Shown here piece by piece: positions 13,890 through 26,792 of a stretch of DNA of 64,000 bases. Both the position numbers and the translations under genes were made by a program. The number at the start of each line of letters is the position of its first letter. Position 1 is the first letter of the stretch. This stretch comes from Octopus sinensis (taxonomy: Eukaryota). The notes under the pieces are model-generated. The model was not told the origin of the DNA. It made no database searches and worked only from the letters and a program-made list of their open reading frames with translations. Location of the stretch: contig NC_042998.1 in NCBI RefSeq assembly GCF_006345805.1, forward strand, positions 130,572,001 through 130,636,000, given 5' to 3'.

Positions 13890-14070
13890 TATGGTGGAAA
13901 GATGGAAGAAACGTTAGCAGGCATTTCTGGCGACTTTACGTTCTCAGTTCAAATTCGCCAAGTTCGGCTCATCCTTTCGCGCTGGTATGTTTAAAGTTAC
14001 AGTCAAGTACTGGAGTCGGTATTATTGGACTAATCTTGCTGGCTGTGTGACAAAATTAGAAAGAATTGTT
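13890..14070 (+). mobile_element. Degenerate type-B SINE
   Basis: gaaacgttagcag...tttacgttctcagttcaaattc...catcctttcg...agtactggagtcg. Confidence 0.7.
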
Positions 14071-14754
14071 TCATGAAATACCAATTGCATTGGAACTAGA
14101 ATATGTAAATTGTGAATCAAACTATAAAATAAATGAATTAAACTATAAAATCATCTCAGCGCATTTGCATAAATTGTGAGACACTGTGGAATAGTTATAT
14201 AGTAAAGTGTACGTGAATTGATGAAAGATCAGTTTCGGGTTCGTTATACAAAATCCGAAAAAGAAAATATCTCTGCCACGGATTCAGGATGGGAAAAGAA
14301 AAACCGAAGCAGAATAAATGCAGGGGAATTAAACGAAGAGAAATCAAACCGTACATACCTACCCACAAACACGCACACACGAACGCACGAACGCAAATAC
14401 GAACAAACACACACACATACACAAACACACACGTGTGTGTGTGTATGTGAGTGTCTGTGTATATATGTTTGTGTGTGTATGTGTATGTGTGTGTGCATTT
14501 ATTTATATATAAGTATATACATGCAAGTATGTATGTATGCATGTTTTGTGTATCTGTGTATCTACATGCAAGTGACTTTTCGAATTCATACGAGTATTTA
14601 CATAATTCTAATTGATGTACACTCGCAACCGAAGATTGTCCTAATTTAACTATTACTTACACATGTAGAGAGCGCTATGGAATTGATTTGAACGACACCC
14701 ATATAAAATATGACATATATGAACAATCACCGTAATGAATATTGTCGTTTCATA

Positions 14755-14793
14755 TATATATCATTATAAATATATATATACATATATATGTAT

Positions 14794-14827
<34 letters not shown>

Positions 14828-14887
14828 ATATACAGAGAGAGAGAGAGAGAGAGAGGTTGACAGATAGATAGATAGATACATAGATAG

Positions 14888-14949
<62 letters not shown>

Positions 14950-14955
14950 GAGAGA
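14755..14955. repeat. Compound (TA)n/(AG)n/(GATA)n microsatellite
   Basis: Direct reading. Confidence 0.95.
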
Positions 14956-15282
14956 TAATCAAATGAATAATAACATACGATGGATAATTGTGAGCTGACA
15001 ATCATCCATCGTTTGGTTATAATACACCAAGGGAATTTACTACTTCCTGGACATCCTAGACTATACCAGCAACGTACTGATCAAGGTACCGCTTAATTTG
15101 GTCCAGCCCCTTAGGCGCTAAATACTAATAGGGTTGGGTTTCCTCGGCGTAAACAACCGAAATATCCTATCTGATATTTCAACTCTCACCAACCCTACCC
15201 CAGAACCACAAACATTACACAACCCTACCTGGTGCATAACTTTTCAAGCACCTGAATCTATCGGAATCCTTATCTTACGTCT

Positions 15283-15293
15283 TATATATGTAT

Positions 15294-15352
<59 letters not shown>

Positions 15353-15432
15353 TAATGTGTGTGTGTGTGTGTGTGTGTCTGTCTGTGTGTCTGTGTATTT
15401 GTGGGTGGGTGTGCGCATGTGTGTATACAAAC

Positions 15433-15463
<31 letters not shown>

Positions 15464-15489
15464 AATATTTATATAAGATACACGCACAT

Positions 15490-15562
<73 letters not shown>
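15283..15562. repeat. Compound (TA)n/(TG)n microsatellite
   Basis: Direct reading. Confidence 0.95.
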
Positions 15563-15564
<2 letters not shown>

Positions 15565-17065
15565 CTACTGATGTAGTTATATACTTCTGTATAATGTTAT
15601 GAATAGGCAAGTAAGTCTGGTTGTAATATGCTACACACAATAATGCGCGCGCACACACAAATACACACACATACATGCATACATATATATATGGCTTACG
15701 TAACTAATAATGTATTACTATTGCGCACATTTGAAATGTATGCATATTGTGGGTACTATATATAACAGAATACAAGAATAAAGACACGTTTGGTTGTATG
15801 AATTCATGTAGTAATATGCGAATGTATTTGTCTTTACTCATTGCATGTATTTGATCTTCTGTGTGCTTGGCTACGTACATATGTGTTTGCTGTCCTCACT
15901 GACTATATTAGTGTATACGTGTCAGCATCAGCTTGCAACATCCTGTGTCACTACTGGAGTCTTCGTCACTATGAACGATGTGTTTTTCAGCGGCTTGCCA
16001 ACAATGTGAACTAATGAGGCGCCATTTTGAGGACACGCTCTTCGATGCAGCTTGCGGCCATTAAACAAATGAGACCGACCAAAAGAATACTTCCGACGAT
16101 GGAATATGGAGTGAAAAAAAAGAAGCATTAATGAACACTCTTGTGCCTACACGTGTATAATATATACAAATTACATATATATGAAAGAAAAATATACATA
16201 TGTACGTGAAAAATATGCATATGTACATGTATATATATATATATATGTATGTATACATACACACATATATATATATATATATATAAACGTATATGTATAT
16301 ATATGTGTGTGGGTGAGCTTATGAATATGTGTGTGTTTATGCATATTCATAAATAGAGGTATGCATTAAAAATCTTACATGTATGTGCATATATATACAA
16401 ATGTATATATGTAGAGAAAATAAAGATGAATATTTTTATAAATAAATTAAGGTACATACACACACACACATATGCGCACACATACGCACACATATCTGTT
16501 AGTGAGCGTATGTATATGAGAAATGCATATATTATACATATAAGCATGTATATGTGAAAATGTAATGTGTTTTAGTCTGTGTGTAATTATACGAGTGTCG
16601 CTATATATATAATACTTTTCATTCTTTAATAAACTGAAAAATCATTTCTATATTCTTCTATTGAATTTTACATAGCGGTAGTTGCGTAGTACTGTGTAAA
16701 TATTACCGTTCACAGAGGGATATGAAATACATGTAATAACATATATTGACCCTTATGTTTAAATATGTACAAATAGTCTTCCATACCTATTCATTATATA
16801 TGCTCGTAGCACATATGTATACACTAAATATAAAGATAAATCTTATTCGCCATGTACAGTTCTGCAAACGTATAATTATAAACCGCTGTCAAGGATATAA
16901 AGAAACAGTAAATTTAACAAAAATTTATTCGCAGGGAAATATTAAATTTTAAGAAATAAACATACGATGCCCTTAGCATATATTGCTACAGAAAGATATC
17001 AACGCACGTACACTAAGATATTATACAGGATATGCGTTCGTATGTGTACTGCGTGAATAAGCAGG

Positions 17066-17066
17066 C

Positions 17067-17116
<50 letters not shown>

Positions 17117-17283
17117 ATCTGTAAATATATGTATATATGTGTATGTAAACATATATGTATATATATTATGTATGTAATAATAATATTAGGGAATAAATTT
17201 ATTATAATATATATGTATGTATATATATATGTATATATATATGTTTATATGTGTATATATATATATATACATACATACATACA

Positions 17284-17317
<34 letters not shown>

Positions 17318-17370
17318 CATACATACATACATACTACATACATACATACATACATACATAAACACATGTA
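17066..17370. repeat. (TA)n and (TACA)n microsatellites
   Basis: Direct reading. Confidence 0.93.
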
Positions 17371-18334
17371 GATATACATACTCATATTGCACAGAGGAAA
17401 ATCAATCTCGTGTACAAATTGGCTAAAATATGCACAATCACTTAGTCATATTTAAAGAACTTATACTAGCAAAATGGATTCAATGAGAAACATATGCTGC
17501 ATGCACAACACATGCATGCGCACACAGATAAACACACACACACACAACTTTATATGTATATATATATATAATCTAATACCTATACATGTGCAAACTATAA
17601 TATTCAACTGCATTTTTAAGCTCGAGTCTTCTGTTTTGAAGCGAATATACATGAGCGTTTACATATGGAAAATAGTTTCTTTGGGTGTACTTGTGGTTGT
17701 ATAGTTTACGCATGTTTAATACATTTCCTATGCAACACATTTTGACAAAGATTTGGTGGGTGTTCTGTTCACAAAGATATAAGCAGCACATACCTGCATA
17801 TGCACATTGTAAAAAATGCTTCTACGCCATTTATTTGCGGTAGAAATATCTATTGCACACCAGCCGTGATGAATTGACAACAATCAAAACTAGATACTCG
17901 ATTTAATGACGAATTTTGTCAGTATGCCGGTCGATTCTTTGGCGATAAAATGCTGAACTCAGTACTGTACACCATGAACCTAGTATTTTATACAAGTAAG
18001 TAGGTAAAAACCGATAATTATGCTGTACTCAGGCGAGTAAGTGTTTTAGTTTTGGAAATGATATTGCAGATATGAGAGAGAAAAGGTTTCATAAAACCTG
18101 CTCATTTTACTTAAGAGAAATGTACCCAATAATTCACCAATCTAAGAACCGGCGAATGCTACTAAATACCTAATCAACAGAAGAGACAATGAAGCCCTTG
18201 GTATTTTAAGATGCATCTCTAAATGTATGTTATGTTATATTTCTTTAGGAATACGTCAAACATGTAATTAGCACCTGCCCAAAAATGACATGAAGGTACC
18301 ACCTCCGTATGCGACATGTATATATATATGCATC

Positions 18335-18660
18335 GGAGACCCCCTTCGGTCAAGAATGATCATGGGATTGCACCTAGAAAGTTACCCTCCGAGGCACAAG
18401 TCTGGGCAAGGTTGTTTATGGAACACCAGCAGTCGCCCAGGCATTTTGGGCTCCCCTCTTCACGCCACCAGTGTTATCCAAGGGAAAGACAAAGGCCGAT
18501 ATAGCTTGGCACGTGTGACGTCGCAACTCATTCCAACACCTGAGTGAACTGGATCAACGTGAAATTAAGTGTCTTGCTCAAGAACACAACACGCAGCCCG
18601 GCCCGGGATTGGAACTCCTAACCTCACGGTCGTAAGTTCGACGCTCTAATGTGCCTTCAC
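18335..18660 (-). mobile_element. tRNA-derived SINE (type C)
   Basis: Minus-strand tRNA-like head (ttagagcgtcgaacttacgaccgtgaggtt...gttccaatccc; A-box partly deleted) followed by gttcttgagcaagacacttaatttcacgttgatccagttcactcag, a typical SINE central domain. Confidence 0.8.
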
Positions 18661-18774
18661 TATACACAAACACACACACAGATACATATATAAATATACA
18701 TATGTATATGCATATACGCACAAAATGTATATATGTATATATATATATTTATAAATGCTTATATATGTTATAGG

Positions 18775-18775
18775 C

Positions 18776-18848
<73 letters not shown>

Positions 18849-18885
18849 CATACATACATACATACATACATACATAGACAGACAT
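18775..18885. repeat. (GATA)n/(TACA)n microsatellite
   Basis: Direct reading. Confidence 0.95.
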
Positions 18886-18984
18886 ATACCTCCATATGTC
18901 AGAAGAGTATCTGACATATGAGGCTATTTTGTATCTTTACAAGTCCACACCTTCTCCTTGTATGGAATGTTGATGTTATATTTA

Positions 18985-19320
18985 GCCAGGTGAATCCTCT
19001 TGCTTCTTCGAAAGAAGCAAGTTTCTAAACTGGCTGATTTCTCTGTTGCTTCAACGTTGCAGCCCATGTCACTTCGAAGTGACGTTGTCAGTTTTAGTCT
19101 TTTCTATTGTTATCATAGTTTTAGTCTTTTCTATAGTTCCAGATCACATCTTGCTATCTCGCCTCGCTCGAGATTTACCACGTATTCATTCAAATAGTTT
19201 TGTGCTTCCAAGTTTAAGCATTTACCCTCAAAGTGCCAGGCTTTGGAATTCTCTTCCACCTCTTTCTAGTTTAAAGTATCTCCATTCTTTTCATCTTCAT
19301 TTTCCGCCTTCAATGTCGGC
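18985..19320 (+). mobile_element. CR1/L2/Jockey-type LINE 3' fragment, decayed
   Basis: Peptides ASTLQPMSLRSDVVSFSLFYCYH and ARLWNSLPP match the QPL.HRR....LFY and RLWNSLP motifs at the C-terminus of these LINEs. Confidence 0.7.
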
Positions 19321-19761
19321 TTCAGTAAGTGGCTTCACGCCTTATTGGGGTCTTTTTTCTTTTCAAATAAAAATTAGCAAAAGAAAAAAAGCGAAAAAAA
19401 AGCTCAATATTGCCGAAAAAAGTAGAAAGGCGACTAGTTCGAAATAATAGCACTCTAAAATAACGGAACTTCGTTTGCTTTTCAGACCATGTAAATATAA
19501 TTCAGTGAGTATAAATGCATACGTGTGTGGTAGTTCGTATAGTAGTTGAATACTTTTAAGTCCCAAGCCCACAATACACGAAACGATGACACTATTCTCG
19601 ACTCAAATTTGGAGAGATGAACAATGATGTCAAACATAATGGAGAAGTTATCCATACGCAAAGACAAGCAGAAAATCTATGCCAAACGGGGATGCACTCC
19701 TTGTAAATAATACCTCCTTTTAATAATGTAGACGAATACTTAACGAAAACTATATTATATA

Positions 19762-19987
19762 CTGGCAGCTGGCAGAATCGTTAGCACGTCGGGCGAAATG
19801 CGTAGCCGTATTTCGTCTGTCGTTACATTCTGAGTTCAAATTCCGCCGAGGTCGACTTTGCCTTTCATCCTTTCGGGGTCGATAAATTAAGTACCAGTTT
19901 CGCACTGGGGTCGATGTAATCGACTTAATCCGTTTGTCTGTCCTTGTTGTCCCTTCTATGTTTATCCCCTTGTGGGTAGTAAAGAAA
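19762..19987 (+). mobile_element. Type-B SINE monomer with 11-bp TSD
   Basis: Nearly complete copy; TATATTATATA at 19751-19761 and 19988-19998. Confidence 0.92.
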
Positions 19988-20632
19988 TATATATTATATA
20001 CATACATCCTGAAATTTGTTACACCGTACACAGGAATGGGAGAACTGCAGAGTCATATAATTCATTCCATTCACATTTCTGAATTACTGTATACCGCTAC
20101 TGGAAACGTCAATAAAGAGATTACTTATCATTTTTCCAAACTCACATGTTGATTATCATATGCAAAAACACATTCACACCACACCCTCTCACTCACCCTA
20201 ACATTTCGACACTCATGTTATTCCTTGTTTACACCCAAACTGATTTTCTAAACATATACAATTCTGCTTGTTAAATTGTCTCACTAGCTTAAATATAATT
20301 TGTAATTTAATATTCTTTATCATTCGAAAAGCACGGATGTTTGATGTGTGTTTTCCCATAAACGTTTCAGAATATATATTTTCTCGTTTGTCTATCCCGG
20401 ATATTAATATGGTGCGCTGTACGGTAGAAATAATTTTTAAAAGGAGTCACTTGGTTCATTTATGATTCAAAGTAATTCCATAATATATATTGAAGTAAAA
20501 CTAAACAGAAAGGGATGAGACTTTTAGTCGGATATCTTTGTTATTCATCAGAGAAACGTTTGAAGACGTGACTTTTTAAAATGTTTATTGAACTTCTTTC
20601 CAGAACTGAAGTTTATTTCTAAATAATACGTT

Positions 20633-20673
<41 letters not shown>

Positions 20674-20775
20674 ATCTATGTATGCATTTTACTTTCCTTC
20701 TTTGTTTCTTTCTTTTCTTTTCTTTCTTTCTTTCTTTCTTTCTTTCTTTATATATGTGTGTGTATATATATACAT

Positions 20776-21118
20776 TAGGGCAGCGGACTCGCGGTCGTAG
20801 GATCGCGGTTTCGATTCCCAGACCGGGCGTTGTGAGTGTTTATTGAGCGAAAACACCTAAAGCTCCATGAGGCTCCGGCAGGGATGGTGGTGATCCCACA
20901 ACTTTCTCTCACTCTTACTTCCTGATTCTGTTGTACCTGTATTTCAAAGGGCCGGCCTTGTCACTCTCTGTGTCACGCTGAATATCCCCGAGAACTACGT
21001 TCAGGGTACACGTGTCTGTGGAGTGCTCAGCCACTTACACGTTAATTTCACGAGCAGGCTGTTCCGTTGATTCAGATCAACCGGAACCCTCGTCGTCGTA
21101 ACCGACGGGGTGCTTCCA
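20776..21118 (+). mobile_element. Type-A SINE, 5'-truncated
   Basis: Homologous to 3807-4161. Lacks the first ~25 nt, has an internal deletion of ~17 bp, and retains a 3' segment deleted in the other copy. Confidence 0.9.
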
Positions 21119-21126
21119 TATATACC

Positions 21127-21161
<35 letters not shown>

Positions 21162-21221
21162 CTATATATATATATATTATATATATATATATATATATGC
21201 ATACATATATGTGTATATATA

Positions 21222-21286
<65 letters not shown>

Positions 21287-21290
21287 CATA
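21119..21290. repeat. (TA)n microsatellite
   Basis: Direct reading. Confidence 0.95.
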
Positions 21291-21776
21291 TCAACTTGCT
21301 TTATTATAAAAATATATCTCCCGACAAATGCATACCATTAATATCCGGAAGACGAACACGGGTAGATTTCCACTATATCTTTTCAATGGTTCAACAGAAT
21401 CCACAAAATTTAACATCCGTATGTTGAGAATGAGAAACGGAATAAGTATATTAAAGTAGTGAATTAATTTATCAAGGAACGCCTTTCAAGCTCTAACATG
21501 TACACATATAAATCTTTGTGTCTTTATTATTTTCCTCATATTCAGCTCTCTAAAATTGTGAGCATATCATTGAGGTTGATTTGAATTAATTTTCTCATAG
21601 ACACCACAACATATTCGCGCGCATGTCTGTGTATGTCATGTGTTTGAGGACTTGAAAACCACATAATTGTTACAATAAAACAACATACACAGATACATAG
21701 ATACTCGCACCTTTCCGAGCGTTAATCTAATACGCCTGTCTTCGTCTTTTGTTTTTCTGTAAATTTCAACAATGTA

Positions 21777-21838
<62 letters not shown>

Positions 21839-22164
21839 CGAGAGAGAGAGATGTTTATACATGTGCGCAGATACACATACACACGCATATATTAAGACAC
21901 AAAGGAATATATGTCCACACATACACACATATTCGATGCTTGGACAGAAAAAAATGTTAGCAAAACTAGGCATAACATTTTAACTGACTGAAATGTGACG
22001 TTCTAAATGTAAATGTTACTTGGGTAATGCTTCCTCGATAAAATTTTACTGGTCATCTTTATCTACATAACCACTATTATGTGCAAATTGAAAGAAATAC
22101 GTCATTTGATATAGTTTGTACCTGCATTTTCATAACTTCTGAGCGTCCCAAATTGCTATAAACA

Positions 22165-22328
22165 TGTATGTATGTATGTATGTATGTATGTATGTATGCA
22201 TGTATATTTATATATGTATATATACATATATATACACATACATACATACATACATACATACATACATACATACATACATACATACATACATACATACATA
22301 CATACATACATACATACATACATACATA
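22165..22328. repeat. (TATG)n then (TACA)n, opposing tetranucleotide arrays
   Basis: Direct reading. Confidence 0.95.
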
Positions 22329-22539
22329 AAGAATATAACTTAATATTTAGGTCCGTGAGTTTCGCGCGTTGACACTCGAAACTCTCAAACCTAGAGTCAC
22401 TCTTCTGCTTCACCTAAATATTTATAAAAATATACGTATGATCATATTTTGTTCTATTCTACCTGTTTGTGCCAGCATATCTATCTATCTATATGTATAT
22501 ATTTGTGTATTTGTGTGTGTGTATGTATGAAAATTTAGG

Positions 22540-23470
22540 AATTAATGTCAATAGTGCGAGCCATTTGTTCCAGAGATTGGAGGCTTGCAGACAAGAACAT
22601 CATTCTCTGAAACAGGAGAGGCCTTATGAAACTGAAGATACCCGGTTGATTAAAAAAACAACTTAATGATATAGAGAAATCCTTCTTGTAAGATGTACTC
22701 GTAGAGACCGATAATACACTCAGACTCTCCAATGAAAACGCAAAAAGTAGAAGAGTAATCAAGGTGGTGGAAAATATAAAAACTGATCCTAAATGCTTTT
22801 ACAACTTTGGTTGGTAAGCAAGCTACTTAGCACACAGCCACTCCTGCGCCTATCTATTATATAAAATCCGTTCTGTGTGTGTGTGTGTGTGTCTTCTAGG
22901 ATCTCGGGTATCCTCCATCCGATTACGCTCAAATTTGATATGTAGATACCGACATTATAAGAGCGTGTATAAGTCTTGAAAAAATTACAAAAATGGATTC
23001 CACGTGAGAATGCGATCGATAAAGCCCTGAGAATTTGCATTTGTACGCGTAAGTACATCAGCTGTGTCGTAGTACTGAGGGCTAATGTTTGAACAAACGA
23101 CTCTCTAACTGCAGACCTCAGGAGCATAAGTGAAGTGCTAAATATAGAATTCCAGAGTGTCTTTATCTCTTCACGGCGAAATAAGGGAACCTGGTGAAAT
23201 TTTCAATACTACCGCTCAGTATGGGAAAGAGGCAACCATCGACAAAGAAGAAAATAATGTAATATCGACCATTGATGAGATGAACACGAACTTACAAATG
23301 GACCCAGATAGAGTTCCGATTGTTCTTTTAAAGACTTGCGAGAAAGCTCTCACAAAAAAACATGCAGAATTCTTTCAAAGTTTCCTTGGGTCTGGTGAAT
23401 TCCCTGAAGTCTAAAACGAAAGCATAATCTGCCCAGCCCATAAATGAGGATGCCTCGCACATGACAGAAT
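22540..23470 (+). mobile_element. CR1/L2-type LINE ORF2 internal fragment (tether to start of RT), decayed and interrupted
   Basis: VIKVVENIKTDPKCFYNF, then SISEVLNIEFQSVF and MDPDRVPIVLLKTCEKAL...FFQSFLGSGEFPEV*NESIICPAHK, corresponding to the GPD..P..LK....L..LF..SL.SG..P..WK.A.I.P.HK RT-entry motif. Confidence 0.8.
22853..23040 (+). mobile_element. Non-autonomous Helitron-like 5' fragment nested in the LINE
   Basis: Begins A|TCTATTATATAAAATCCGTTCTG followed by (TG)n, typical of small Helitron 5' ends, and interrupts the LINE peptide. No 3' CTAG or hairpin found, so the end is approximate. Confidence 0.6.
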
Positions 23471-24199
23471 AATATCTTGGTACTGAAATAGCAGTTCAGC
23501 CACTCAAATGTGGATGTGATATAAAGCTTTGAATGTATGTGTAGAATATCTATATATTTTTCATGTATATCTACGTATATATATATATATATATGCATAC
23601 ACACACACATATATAACTGTGTTTGTGCGTATGTGCGTATTCTTGCTTGTGTATGAGTGCGCGTGTGTGTATCATTCTTAGGTTGAAAATAAAACAAGAA
23701 CACTGAAAACGAGAGATAAAAAGGTACCATCAAATGTCGTTTGTTCGTAGTCAGTTAGAACATGACAAAAGAAAAAATAAAAGAGAAGAAAAAAAGGAAA
23801 AAAATAATAAAAGGAGAGAGAAGTGCTTGTCATCATTTTCTTCATCTCCAAGCAGGGGCATGACACCTGTAATTCATGTGTTCCCAGAACACAAATTTTA
23901 GTGAGGTTTGAGTATTTTCTGAGAATTTGTACTCTGATGCATTTGTCAACAGTTAAAATCATTTGTGCAAAAATGGTCTGCTCGTTTCATCGAAGGAGTG
24001 TCATTGAGTGTGACGTCATACCTCTAAACATTAAAATATTGTTTCATTTTTCTGATGTTCGACCAACATAAATCAAGTTGTGTTGGGTGTATTCAGCAGC
24101 ATACACCGAATAAGAGTCGTTACATCTCCCGCGATCTGTATGAATCACAATATTTATTTTCGAATTTGTGATGAAATCGAATTGACTCATGAAGTTGCA

Positions 24200-24740
24200 C
24201 AATGAACAGAGCTTTCATCTTTTTCAGGGTTGATAAAATAAAGAACTAATCAATTACCGGGATCGTTGTTATCGATTAATGCCTCTTTTAAAATCCGTGA
24301 CCGTGTGTCAAAATTTGAATCTATAACCGAGGCAAGCTGGTAGAATTGTTAGCACGTCGGAGAAATGATTAGTGAAATTTTGTTTCGGTTCTTTCCCTTT
24401 CGAGATCAAACTGCGATGTAGTCAAATTTGTCTTTCATCTTTTCAGGTTCAATAAAATAAATAACAATTGAGCATTGATGTCGTTGTAATCGACTTAACC
24501 TCTCCCTATAAATGTCAAAACCGGGAACCAATATATGACAGCGAGCTGCAAGAAGCATTGACAAACAACGAACTGACAAACATGTTGGCGCAATGGACAA
24601 AATGTTTAGCAGCATTTCTTCAGGCGCTTTACATTCCAAGTTCAAATCGCACACTCGTCGAATTTCTTATCGCATTTTGGTTGTTGAAACAAAATGCTAG
24701 TCATGTATCGGCCTCGGAGCACAATTACAAAATTTCTATT
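24200..24740 (+). mobile_element. Three tandem degenerate type-B SINE monomers
   Basis: ctttcatctttttcagggttgataaaat (about 24212), gctggtagaattgttagcacg...ctttcatcttttcaggttcaataaaat (24335-24460), aaatgtttagcagcattt...tttacattccaagttcaaatc (24600-24650). Confidence 0.7.
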
Positions 24741-24749
24741 GGTTTTTAA

Positions 24750-25445
24750 TTAAAGCTCTCAGCTTACTTTGCTGGGTATGATGGAAAGTATCAGCTGTCC
24801 ACAGTCAGCAGACAAAGGTGACACGTGTTTACAGATCGCGCTTCAAGGACCCTGCAGAGAACTCTTGCAGTTCCAAGCAATGAGGACTTTTATAGATGTT
24901 CTATTTTTACATTTGTACCAATCATTTTCAGCCACGTTTGTAGTTGAGCGCTGATACTTCCTAGCGCTCCAATTACCACAGGTATCACGTCGACCTACTT
25001 CATTGCACACAACTTGCGTATTCCCCACTTTTTCTCTTTCTTTCTCTTTGTTCCTGTTGTAATCGGAACATTCTGTGTCAACTTCATACAACTTCTTTTT
25101 CTTTTTTTGTTCATCACGGTACTGTCCGATTCCCGATGTTTGATGTGATGGTAACACTGCATCATTGCTTCCCACAGGATTTTTTTTTGTTTTCATTTTC
25201 GGTAACTCCTGGTATACGATCATACCACGTCTTTGCTCTTTGTAGTACGTGACTTCTACAGAGCTGCCTATAGATCATTCTTGCCATATCGACATGTCGT
25301 CTTTTATAATCCTGTTGTGCCAATTTCGGGCATTCGCTAAAAATGTGCTATGTCTCTCTCACCACATCTTGCGTTTGTCGCTCTCAGTTTGTTGTCAATT
25401 TTGCGCTTCACATATTTCGTCCTTAACTAAAATCACCAGAGACAC
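24750..25445 (-). mobile_element. R4/Dong-clade LINE 3' fragment (copy G), decayed
   Basis: Minus-strand peptides LRTKYVKRKID, HIFSECPKLAQQDYKRRH, KTWYDRIP, DVIPVVIGALGSISAQLQTWLKMIG, KSSLLGTARVLCRVLEA; 3' hairpin at 24788-24824. Confidence 0.88.
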
Positions 25446-25449
25446 ATGA

Positions 25450-26190
25450 CTACATGAGCTAAAGGGTACACCCATCAGGAGGAATCACCCACCATCACTA
25501 ATTGATATAGGTTTTTAAAGTGTTCTACAATTCGACACACACGAATTAAGTCATCCCAAACTAAAGAACGAATTACAACCAAAAAGCCCTACCATACATA
25601 TCCACACACAACCCTCTAAAGAATGAGGCCTTCGACACCATCCTCCAGAACATTCCTTTACTAAAAAGGAACCATAGAATGAATCGAATCCTCCAAACGT
25701 ACACCATCATAAAGAGCAAAAGACAAGCCAAGACAATGAGAAGTATTCTTACACAAGCTCAAGTACATTCGGCATCAATATCGAAACCGACAGTAAAGAA
25801 ATGCGTTAGACCTAACTGTCGTATATGCGTCAAACTAATTTAGGGATTGGAGTTCCCCTTCAACCACATTCAATGTTTTACAGTGAAAAACAGCTTTACA
25901 TGTGCTTCGGAAAGCCTGATATACGTGTTAACTTGCTCAGGGTGTCGAAAGCAATACATTGGTGACGCTAAAATTAGTCTACGCCAGAGGATAATCGTAC
26001 ACAGATTAAAATACGGGAATACAGAAAAATGACATTAAGAGAACACATGGACATTTGCACCACTAATGAATAACGCAAGTTTAGAATTTTTCCCCTCTAT
26101 AAATTTAGGGACAATGCAATCTGTAATCAGCGCGTTAGTAAAGAATCATGTTATCGCAAAATATGAACCACCACCGATTACACTACTTCA
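25450..26190 (+). mobile_element. Penelope-like element, C-terminal fragment with GIY-YIG endonuclease
   Basis: LPYISTHNP, IKSKRQAKTMRSILTQA, KKCVRPNCRIC, FTCASESLIYVLTCSGCRKQYIGD...LRQRIIVHR; stops and frameshifts present. Confidence 0.88.
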
Positions 26191-26356
26191 AGGATCTTAG
26201 AATAATACCCACGCAAATATTAAAAAAGATGGATATATTGAGAACAGTTGCTACCCAAGAATTTATTCAGAACAGTTCCTACCACTATTTCTGCAACCAC
26301 AACCGGTCACATTTAGGTCCACGGACAGCCTGTACTACTGGACCATACCACTCCCG

Positions 26357-26535
26357 TCTTCTTCTTCTTCTTCTTCTTCTTCTTCTTCTTCTTCTTCTTC
26401 TTCTTCTTCTTCTTCTTCTTCTTCTTCTTCTTCTTCTTCTTCTTCTTCTTCTTCTCTTCTTCTTCTTCCTCTTCTTCTTCTTCCTCTTCTCCTTCTTCCC
26501 CTCCTTCCTCTTCTCCTTCTTCCCCTCCTTCCTCT
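26357..26535. repeat. (TTC)n microsatellite with degenerate tail
   Basis: Direct reading; source of the poly-L, poly-R and poly-E ORFs. Confidence 0.97.
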
Positions 26536-26635
26536 TCGGCGGCTGCTGCAATGAAACTTCAGAACGAAATATTTCTCTGCACCCATACACACTATTGTTT
26601 CAGATCAGCTACTACCTATCGAGACTTCACAAAAG

Positions 26636-26636
26636 A

Positions 26637-26668
<32 letters not shown>

Positions 26669-26749
26669 GCAGACAGACAGGCAGACAGACAGATAGACAG
26701 AAAGACAGATCGAAAAAAGGAGAATGTCCTAACTATTTGAAGACTATGG

Positions 26750-26790
<41 letters not shown>
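26636..26790. repeat. (AG)n/(GACA)n and (TA)n microsatellites
   Basis: Direct reading. Confidence 0.9.

Positions 26791-26792
<2 letters not shown>

Noticed and set aside
15915-16135. GC-richer patch with several short open frames
   Set aside because: No frame has consistent splice signals or a recognisable motif.
14195-17426. Numerous YI, HT, CV and YVCM-repeat ORFs
   Set aside because: They are dinucleotide and tetranucleotide microsatellite artefacts.
26148-26696. 182-aa ORF and antisense poly-R and poly-E ORFs
   Set aside because: They are read-through of (TTC)n and (GACA)n repeats.
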